This document shows, one piece after another, positions 1 through 6,610 of a DNA stretch of 43,774 nucleotides (position 1 is its first letter; every line of letters starts with the position of its first letter). Source of the DNA: Candidatus Kaiserbacteria bacterium. Lineage in GTDB: Bacteria > Patescibacteriota > Minisyncoccia > Phycocordibacterales > UBA918. A program made the position numbers and the translations under genes. The notes beneath the pieces are model-generated. The model had not been told where the DNA came from, made no database searches, and saw nothing but the letters and a program-made list of their open reading frames with translations. The stretch lies in contig JAHQWD010000001.1 in assembly GCA_019634005.1 (NCBI GenBank), forward strand, positions 1 through 43,774. The letters run 5' to 3'.

Positions 1-414
1 CTACCTTCAGTTGCCATCGGGTCAAGCCGGGGACTCTGGAGGGACTGCCTGCGCAAGCAGAGAGGAAGGCGGGGACGATGTCAGGTCATCATGGCCCTTA
101 CGCCCAGGGCGACACACGTGCTACAATGGCGCATACAGAGGGTAGCTACCTGGCAACAGGATGCCAATCTCAGAAAGTGCGTCTCAGTTCGGATTGGGGT
201 CTGCAACTCGACCCCATGAAGTCGGAATCGCTAGTAATCGTGGATCAGCAACGCCGCGGTGAATACGTTCCCGAGCCTTGTACTCACCGCCCGTCAACAC
301 AAGGGAGTCGGGAGTGCCCGAAGTCCCACCTAGAGTGGGCCGACGGTAAGCTCGATAACAAGGTGTAAGTCGTAACAAGGCACGGCTAGCGGAAGCTGGT
401 CGTGGATTAATTCC
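1..414 (+). rRNA. rrs: 16S rRNA, 3' part (starts before the window; 3' end approximate)
   Basis: Universal SSU motifs GGAATCGCTAGTAATCG, GAATACGTTCCCG, TGTACTCACCGCCCGTC (279-295), AAGTCGTAACAAGG (367-380), and a fully paired helix 45 (381-404) with a GGAA loop. Confidence 0.98.
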
Positions 415-587
415 AATTGGAAACGTACGTGCGCATGACGCACACGTGCTAATTGGTCGATTCAGTACCTCATATGAGTATTGAATAAGGCTCTGATACT
501 GATCCTTAAGTAAGTATCTAGACACTGGGAAAGACCAGCCAGGATAAGACAAAAGAGAGTATTGCTGAACTATGTAGTTTGCATAAT

Positions 588-619
588 AAAAAACACCCAC
601 CGATCGGTGGGTGTTTTTT
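588..619. terminator. Bidirectional intrinsic terminator
   Basis: Perfect 32-bp palindrome AAAAAACACCCACC-GATC-GGTGGGTGTTTTTT between the 16S gene (+) and the convergent pilin gene (-). Confidence 0.9.
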
Positions 620-914
620 ATGAATTAAGCTCTATGAAATCAGAATGGATTGGTGTTGTTCGGTCAAACCCGAGTCCCTCTACCAGTAGGTTTACAACCC
701 CCCACAGAATAACAATCAAGACGAAGGCAGCAATACTATAGAATGCAGACCGCCGAGCTTTCTCTCGGCCTTCTTTTGTCGCACCTTGCGCGATGAAGTA
801 TTGAAAGGTATTCCAGAGGAAAAATAAAAAAGCGATTGCAAGTATAAGCGGAACGAGCAGATCGTTTACAAAGACAATAAAATCAACGAGTAGAGACGAA
901 ATAGTTGTGGTCAT
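618..914 (-). CDS. VirB2/TrbC-like (T4SS-pilin family) membrane protein, 98 aa
   Basis: Two hydrophobic segments (LLVPLILAIAFLFFLW; AFYSIAAFVLIVILWGVVNLL) linked by a G..EGREKARR loop, the pattern of CPR pilins. Start moved from 1055 to ATG 914 because TAGAAT sits 7 nt upstream. Confidence 0.7.
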   Translation of the reverse strand: MTTTISSLLVDFIVFVNDLLVPLILAIAFLFFLWNTFQYFIAQGATKEGREKARRSAFYSIAAFVLIVILWGVVNLLVEGLGFDRTTPIHSDFIELNS

Positions 915-963
915 ATAAGACATTCTACCGCATCTGGACAAATATAGGGAGATATTGTGTACA

Positions 964-991
964 TTGACAATAGATTTGGTTGTGATATAAT
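964..991 (+). promoter_or_regulatory. Consensus sigma70 promoter with extended -10
   Basis: TTGACA (964-969), 16-nt spacer, TATAAT (986-991) preceded by TG-n. Confidence 0.85.
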
Positions 992-1046
992 TAAGAACAG
1001 TTAAGAGTTGTTGGGAGTTCAAACCCGTAAGAGGGGGAAGAATCCA

Positions 1047-1163
1047 ATGAATCATAAAAAGGTAGCCGCACTGCTATCAGAGAGCAGTATGCAAGTAATC
1101 AAATTTGCGGGAGGATGTCTCTTAGTGATTGTCATTTTCAATATGGCATATCACGCAATCTGA
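1047..1163 (+). CDS. Small hydrophobic protein, 38 aa (below the ORF track cutoff)
   Basis: Hand translation MNHKKVAALLSESSMQVIKFAGGCLLVIVIFNMAYHAI*. It lies between a consensus promoter and a terminator and has one TM-length segment. Confidence 0.6.
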   Translation: MNHKKVAALLSESSMQVIKFAGGCLLVIVIFNMAYHAI

Positions 1164-1182
1164 AACCGAGACTATCGTCCTC

Positions 1183-1224
1183 AAAACAAAGCGCCAGACC
1201 CTTCGGGTCGGCGCTGTTTTCTTT
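1183..1224. terminator. Intrinsic terminator
   Basis: AGCGCC-A-GACC-CTTCG-GGTC-GGCGCT stem followed by GTTTTCTTT, with an A-rich tract on the left. Confidence 0.8.
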
Positions 1225-1281
1225 AGTTGTCTTTACCCCCTATATTTGATAGTATCTTGAGACTTATATAGTGCTTTCTGT

Positions 1282-1355
1282 CCGCGCTTAGCTCAGTTGG
1301 CTAGAGCATTCGACTGATACTCGAAAGGTCCTAGGTTCAAATCCTAGAGCGCGGA
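1282..1355 (+). tRNA. tRNA-Ile (anticodon GAT), CCA not encoded
   Basis: Cloverleaf: acceptor CCGCGCT/AGCGCGG, D-arm GCTC/GAGC, anticodon stem TTCGA/TCGAA with loop CT-GAT-AC (1314-1320), T-arm CTAGG-TTCAAAT-CCTAG, discriminator A1355. Confidence 0.95.
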
Positions 1356-1368
1356 CAGAGGGTGGTAG

Positions 1369-1403
1369 AAACTAAAGGACTCCATTTTGGAGTCCTTTAG
1401 TTT
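1369..1403. terminator. Bidirectional terminator
   Basis: 16-bp perfect stem AAACTAAAGGACTCCA-TTT-TGGAGTCCTTTAGTTT between the tRNA and a convergent small ORF. Confidence 0.85.
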
Positions 1404-1570
1404 ATGGCATCAAGTGAATATTCTTCAAGATTTGCGTCGGAGTAGGTGCTTAATTCGTCAGTAACACGGTTGAGCTCCTGTGTCAGCATAAATACACCGC
1501 CAGCGAAAAGGACGATAATAAAAATCGCAATGTATGAAAACATCTTTTGTCCTTCTAACGCATGCCTCAT
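1397..1570 (-). CDS. Small single-pass membrane protein, 57 aa (below the ORF track cutoff)
   Basis: Hand translation MRHALEGQKMFSYIAIFIIVLFAGGVFMLTQELNRVTDELSTYSDANLEEYSLDAIN*. Extended -10 TG-C-TATACT lies 7 nt before the ATG. Confidence 0.7.
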   Translation of the reverse strand: MRHALEGQKMFSYIAIFIIVLFAGGVFMLTQELNRVTDELSTYSDANLEEYSLDAIN

Positions 1571-1631
1571 TACTTAAAGTATAGCAGACAGCGACTGGTG
1601 TTTTTGGGAGTTTCTCGTATGATACGTGTAT

Positions 1632-2957
1632 ATGTTAGAGCGGTGGAAAAAAGAATTTGAAGGGAGACGGGTGACGGTCATGGGACTGGGACTTTTAGGG
1701 CGTGGAGTTGGAGATGCACAGTTCTTGGCTGAGGCTGGTGCTGAGGTGCTCGTAACGGATCTAAAAACCAGAGAAGAACTACAAGAGTCTGTTGAAAGAC
1801 TTTCCCAATATCCAAATGTAACTTTTATACTTGGAGAACATCGCATGGAAGATTTTGAGAATAGAGATTTTATATTGAAGGCAGCGGGTGTGCCAAAAGA
1901 TTCTCCGTATATAGCACACGCGAGAGAGAGAAATATCCCCATTGAGATGAGTGCGTCTCTTTTTGTACGTCTTGCGGGTATTCCGATTATTGGTGTGACG
2001 GGAACAAGGGGGAAGTCGACTGTAACCCATATGGTTCACCACGTGCTTTCGCAGATGACTGAAGGAGGCTCCGTGCTTCTGGGTGGGAATGTGCGTGGTG
2101 TCTCTACACTGGCGCTTTTGAATGAAGTAAAGGAAGAATCGCTTGCTGTCCTTGAATTGGATTCTTGGCAACTACAAGGATGCGGTGAAGCAAAAATAAG
2201 TCCACAGATTGCTGTCTTCACAAACTTTATGGCAGACCATCTCAACTATTACAAAGGAGATATGGACGCATATTTTGAAGATAAAGCGCAAATCTTTCTC
2301 TATCAAGAAGAGGGGGATGTGCTGGTGACTACGCCAGAAGTATTTGAACGTATACAAGGGTTTGTAAAAGACCAGTTGGAACAACAGGTGTTGCTCACTG
2401 ATACCTCAGTACTACCCGAAGACGCACTGCTTTCTATGCCTGGAGAGCACAATCGTCTCAATGCCGCACTTGCGTATCAGGCGTTAAAGGCAACCAGTCT
2501 TTCTGACGAAGAGATCTTTGAGGGTCTTGCGTCATTTCCAGGGGTGCCAGGACGGCTGCAGTTCCTTCGAGAAATTGATGGTGTCAGAATCTATAATGAC
2601 AACAATGCAACGACACCCGCAGCAACGCTCGCTGCGCTTCGCGCGTTAGGGGAGGGTAAAAACATCATACTTGTCATGGGAGGTGCTGATAAAGATGTGC
2701 CGAGGGAGGAACTTGTAGCGGAGATTGATACGTACGCAAAGCGTGTGTTATTTATCCCAGGAACAGGAACAGATCTTATTTCCAAAGAAATTGAAGGGGT
2801 GCACGCACAAAATCTCAAAGATGCTCTGTCTCAGGCGCGGGAGGTTGCGCAGGAGGGAGATGTTATTCTCTTCAGTCCAGGGTTTGCCTCTTTTGGGGCG
2901 TATGCGAATGAGTACGAGCGCGGGGATGAGTTTGTATCGTTAGTGAATAGTCTATGA
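1632..2957 (+). CDS. murD: UDP-N-acetylmuramoyl-L-alanine--D-glutamate ligase
   Basis: N-terminal GLGLLGRG, P-loop GVTGTRGKST, ELDSWQL, YNDNNATT, GGADK, FSPGFASF..YERG motifs. Start at ATG 1632 (TATGAT 8 nt upstream) rather than GTG 1626. Confidence 0.95.
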   Translation: MLERWKKEFEGRRVTVMGLGLLGRGVGDAQFLAEAGAEVLVTDLKTREELQESVERLSQYPNVTFILGEHRMEDFENRDFILKAAGVPKDSPYIAHARERNIPIEMSASLFVRLAGIPIIGVTGTRGKSTVTHMVHHVLSQMTEGGSVLLGGNVRGVSTLALLNEVKEESLAVLELDSWQLQGCGEAKISPQIAVFTNFMADHLNYYKGDMDAYFEDKAQIFLYQEEGDVLVTTPEVFERIQGFVKDQLEQQVLLTDTSVLPEDALLSMPGEHNRLNAALAYQALKATSLSDEEIFEGLASFPGVPGRLQFLREIDGVRIYNDNNATTPAATLAALRALGEGKNIILVMGGADKDVPREELVAEIDTYAKRVLFIPGTGTDLISKEIEGVHAQNLKDALSQAREVAQEGDVILFSPGFASFGAYANEYERGDEFVSLVNSL

Positions 2958-4222
2958 GTGAGAAAAAACACATACATTTCATAGGGATTGGTGGTATCGG
3001 TATGTCTGGGCTCGCACGACTGTATCTCCATGAAGGATATGCGGTAAGTGGATCAGATCGTGCTCCGTCTGCAATTACCACAGCACTCCAAGAGGAAGGA
3101 GTCGTCTTTTTTGATACTCAAGTAAAAGAGAACATAACTGACGATATTGATATGGTGGTCTACACGGAAGCAATGCCAAAAGACCACGAGGAACTCGTCG
3201 CTGCAAAAGAAAGAGAAATACGTACCATCAGCTATTTCGAAGCACTGGGAGAAGCGGTTAATCCATATCACCTCATCGCAGTTACAGGAACGCATGGGAA
3301 GACGACAACGACAGCAATGCTTATTGATGTATTTGAGGAAGCAGGACTCGATCCAACTGCTATTGTGGGATCGCTTCGAAGTAAGACGGGAAGCAATTTT
3401 CGAGCAGGGAAGAGCAAGTATGCAATTGTCGAGGCATGTGAGTATCGCAGAGACTTCCTCACCCTAGAGCCTGATGTGCTTGTTATCACCAACCTAGAGC
3501 ATGAGCATGTCGATTACTACAAAAATCTCGCTGACGTGCAGCGTGCCTTTAGGGAACTGGCAGAAAAAGTTCCCGAAGATGGTGTCATCATTGCAAACAC
3601 AAAGGATCCCAATGTGAAGCCAGTACTCGAAGGGTTATCCTGTACGATCGTGGATTACACACAATATATAGATCCTTTTCTCACACTCTCTCAACCAGGG
3701 ATACATAATCAGATGAATGCTGCAGCAGCACTGGCGGGGGCACTCTTTGTTGGAGTTTCTAAGGATGAAGGAAAACGTGCACTCGAACAATTTGCAGGGA
3801 CGTGGCGACGTTTTGAATACAAGGGCGAGGTGAATGGCGCAAAGATCTATGATGATTACGGACATCATCCAACAGAAGTATCTGCAACAATACAAGGTGC
3901 GCGGGAACTCTACCCAGAGCGGGCAGTGACCGTAGTGTTTCAGCCCCACATGTACTCACGTCTTCAGGAGCTGTTTGAAGATTTTGTATCAGCACTCCAG
4001 AAGGCAGACCGAGTCCTTGTAGTGCCCGTCTATGATGCGCGAGCGGACGGAGGTTCTGAGGTCTCAAGTGAAAAGCTTGCACATGAAGTAGGAGAGAAAG
4101 CGTATTATGCTTCATCTTTTGATGAGGCAGTGAGCATGCTCCAAGACAGTCTGAGTGAAAAAGATGTCGTGCTGGTAATGGGGGCGGGGGATGTAACAAA
4201 AGTAACCGAGAAACTCATATGA
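2954..4222 (+). CDS. murC: UDP-N-acetylmuramate--L-alanine ligase
   Basis: HFIGIGGIGMSGLA, GTHGKTTTT, VEACEY, DDYGHHPTEV, FQPH, MGAGD motifs. Confidence 0.96.
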   Translation: MSEKKHIHFIGIGGIGMSGLARLYLHEGYAVSGSDRAPSAITTALQEEGVVFFDTQVKENITDDIDMVVYTEAMPKDHEELVAAKEREIRTISYFEALGEAVNPYHLIAVTGTHGKTTTTAMLIDVFEEAGLDPTAIVGSLRSKTGSNFRAGKSKYAIVEACEYRRDFLTLEPDVLVITNLEHEHVDYYKNLADVQRAFRELAEKVPEDGVIIANTKDPNVKPVLEGLSCTIVDYTQYIDPFLTLSQPGIHNQMNAAAALAGALFVGVSKDEGKRALEQFAGTWRRFEYKGEVNGAKIYDDYGHHPTEVSATIQGARELYPERAVTVVFQPHMYSRLQELFEDFVSALQKADRVLVVPVYDARADGGSEVSSEKLAHEVGEKAYYASSFDEAVSMLQDSLSEKDVVLVMGAGDVTKVTEKLI

Positions 4223-4890
4223 AAGGAATACTCTCAATAGTTGCAACTCCTATAGGGAATCTCGAAGACATGACACTTCGCGCGCTCCGTATACTCAAGG
4301 AGGCAGATTATGTACTCTGCGAAGATACTCGCGTGACAGGAAAGCTGCTTTCTCACTATGAGATAGATGCATCATTAGTACGATACGACGCACACGCTTC
4401 AGCACATGTGCATGAGGAGATACTCAGAGATTTAAAAGAAGGGAAGCACATTGCATTGGTGTCAGATGCAGGGACTCCTGGAGTAAGCGATCCTGGTGTA
4501 CTCTTGGTGTCGCAGGCACTGGTAGAGGATATTAAAGTGGAGACCATTCCCGGTCCGTCTGCGGTAACGGCCGCGTTCTCCATTGCGGGAGTATCAGGGA
4601 ATCAGTTTGTATTTCTCGGATTTGTACCACACAAGAAAGGACGTCAGACATTTTTTGAGCGTGTTGCTGAATATGAGATCCCCGTCATATTCTATGAGTC
4701 TACACACCGTATCATGAAGACGTTTACGTCACTCTCAGAGGTGCTCACGTCACAGACGGTGATTGTTGCGAGGGAGCTTACCAAGCTTCATGAGGAAGTG
4801 GTGAAAGGAAGCATAGAAGAGGTGGAATTGTACTTCAAAGAGCACCCAGACCATCAAAAAGGGGAGTTTGTGGTTATTGTTACTCCGTAA
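4219..4890 (+). CDS. rsmI: 16S rRNA (cytidine1402-2'-O)-methyltransferase
   Basis: VATPIGNLEDMT.RA, CEDTR, LVSDAGTPGVSDPG, IPGPSA, FYES.HR, RELTKLHEE motifs. Confidence 0.96.
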   Translation: MKGILSIVATPIGNLEDMTLRALRILKEADYVLCEDTRVTGKLLSHYEIDASLVRYDAHASAHVHEEILRDLKEGKHIALVSDAGTPGVSDPGVLLVSQALVEDIKVETIPGPSAVTAAFSIAGVSGNQFVFLGFVPHKKGRQTFFERVAEYEIPVIFYESTHRIMKTFTSLSEVLTSQTVIVARELTKLHEEVVKGSIEEVELYFKEHPDHQKGEFVVIVTP

Positions 4891-4906
4891 GGTATACTAG
4901 AGGCAT

Positions 4907-5149
4907 ATGTCACGAGAATCATTAGTATTTGTCATTGGAATTGTACTCTTTTTGATACCTTTTTTGGGAGTACCGCAGGATGTAAAGGATATTGTTATTG
5001 TAGGAATGGGCATTATCGTCATAGTGCTTGGTATAGTGCTTCGCCGCGCAGCTTTCCTCCGTTCTATCGAGAACGGTAATGGTGAAAAAGAAGGAGAGAT
5101 GTTTACTGAATCAAAGATTCCAGAAGAGACTAAAGAGACAAGGATATGA
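4907..5149 (+). CDS. Hypothetical two-TM membrane protein
   Basis: 80 aa with two N-terminal hydrophobic helices and an acidic tail. TATACT lies 8 nt upstream and the stop overlaps the next start. Confidence 0.75.
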   Translation: MSRESLVFVIGIVLFLIPFLGVPQDVKDIVIVGMGIIVIVLGIVLRRAAFLRSIENGNGEKEGEMFTESKIPEETKETRI

Positions 5150-6423
5150 TGAAATGGGGCATAGCATCGGTTGCATTTGTCGGCGCCTCGGCGTTTGTCG
5201 GTTTCGCTATGCCACAACTGGCTACTGTAGAGTATGACCGAACGGTAGCGGTTCCAGAAATAGTAAAGGAGACAGTTGAAGATGTTATCGATGCGCGAGA
5301 AGTGGTGACACATGTACCGCTTCCCGAGCAAGTGCGTGCTATTTATATGACGTCATGTGTTGCTGGAACACCAAGTTTTCGAGAAGATCTGGTGACTCTC
5401 ATGCGAGAGACAGAGGTCAATAGTGTCGTGATTGATATCAAAGACTATTCAGGCACGATCTCATTCCCACCAATGCACGAATCATGGATGCCTGCATGGA
5501 AAGAAGCTCGGTGTGGTACCAGTGATATGAAAGATCTCATCGCAGAACTTCATGAGGATGGAATCTTTGTCATTGGACGTATCACCGTTTTCCAAGACCC
5601 ATTCTATAGCGAAACACATCCAGAGCTTGCGGTTAAAAAGGCAGACAGAGTGTCTGTCTGGAGGGACTACAAAGGATTAGCATTTATTGATGTGGGGGCG
5701 CAGGCGTATTGGGACCATCTTATTGAGCTTGTTGTGGACTCCTACAACATAGGATTTGATGAGCTCAACTTTGATTACGTGCGCTATCCATCAGATGGTC
5801 CGATGTCTGATATCGCCTTCACGCACGGAGAGTATGGTGATGATAAGCAGGCAAACCTAGAAGCATTCTTTAAATATCTCAATGAAAAACTCGATGATGA
5901 AGAGTTGTTTGCCGCAGTACGTCATGAGAACACAGGTCGAGAGAAGGACACTCCGTGGACGTCAGCAGATCTTTTTGGGATGACTACAACAAACACCGAC
6001 GATCTCTCCATCGGGCAGATTATCGAACGGGCTGCACCGTATTTTGATTTCATCGCACCGATGGTCTATCCATCACACTACCCAGATAGTTTCTTGGGTC
6101 TTGGTAATCCAAATAACCATCCATATAAAGTGGTCAACTACGCAATGGAGAGTGGAGTGGAGCGTATGGTCGCAACCACAACCGTTGTTGCAGGATTTGA
6201 GCATGAACGGATTGGTACCACCACTCCTGCACGTTATACAAAGCCAGTGTGGGGGGCGGACAAGCTTCGCACGTGGATCCAAGATTTTGATTACGGTGGA
6301 GACTATGATGCAGAGGATGTGCGTGCGCAGATTCAAGCAAGCTATGACGCTGGAGTTATGTCGTGGATGATTTGGGCGCCATCAAATGTGTACACGCGTG
6401 CTGCGCTATATGACGCAGAGTAG
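5146..6423 (+). CDS. Putative glycoside hydrolase (DUF4015-like), secreted or anchored
   Basis: N-terminal hydrophobic signal, then RAIY, NSVVIDIKDYSG, GRITVFQD, FDELNFDYVRYP, PMVYPSHY, RTWIQDF and W.PSNVY motifs of this TIM-barrel family. Confidence 0.75.
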   Translation: MMKWGIASVAFVGASAFVGFAMPQLATVEYDRTVAVPEIVKETVEDVIDAREVVTHVPLPEQVRAIYMTSCVAGTPSFREDLVTLMRETEVNSVVIDIKDYSGTISFPPMHESWMPAWKEARCGTSDMKDLIAELHEDGIFVIGRITVFQDPFYSETHPELAVKKADRVSVWRDYKGLAFIDVGAQAYWDHLIELVVDSYNIGFDELNFDYVRYPSDGPMSDIAFTHGEYGDDKQANLEAFFKYLNEKLDDEELFAAVRHENTGREKDTPWTSADLFGMTTTNTDDLSIGQIIERAAPYFDFIAPMVYPSHYPDSFLGLGNPNNHPYKVVNYAMESGVERMVATTTVVAGFEHERIGTTTPARYTKPVWGADKLRTWIQDFDYGGDYDAEDVRAQIQASYDAGVMSWMIWAPSNVYTRAALYDAE

Positions 6424-6583
6424 GGAACTGACACAAGGTTATCTTAATATACGAAAGTTAAAAGGACACGACACGCTCTATCGTGTCCGTGTTGGTAGGG
6501 TGTGCATTATTTACCGTGATGAGGGAGACATCACCATCGAATATGTGGGTATGCGCAATGAAAAAACATATCGTGGCTTTTAA
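6410..6583 (+). pseudogene. Truncated RelE/ParE-family toxin remnant
   Basis: IRKLKGHDTLYRVRVGRVCIIY...YVGMRNEKTY matches the C-terminal half of RelE-like toxins. The N-terminal helices are missing and no antitoxin gene is adjacent. Confidence 0.6.
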
Positions 6584-6610
6584 ATATAAAGTGTCTGCTA
6601 TAATTCACCT

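Noticed and set aside
411-590. Possible group I intron or insertion at the 16S 3' end that would restore CCUCC downstream
   Set aside because: Helix 45 is complete, no downstream CACCTCC exon appears before the terminator, and I recognise no group I core (P/Q/R/S) motifs.
78-600. ORFs 78..368 (+) and 184..600 (-)
   Set aside because: They overlap the 16S rRNA gene and its trailer, and have no protein-like features.
915-1055. N-terminal extension of the pilin ORF given in the track
   Set aside because: It runs through the divergent promoter region; a -10 box 7 nt before ATG 914 indicates the shorter start.
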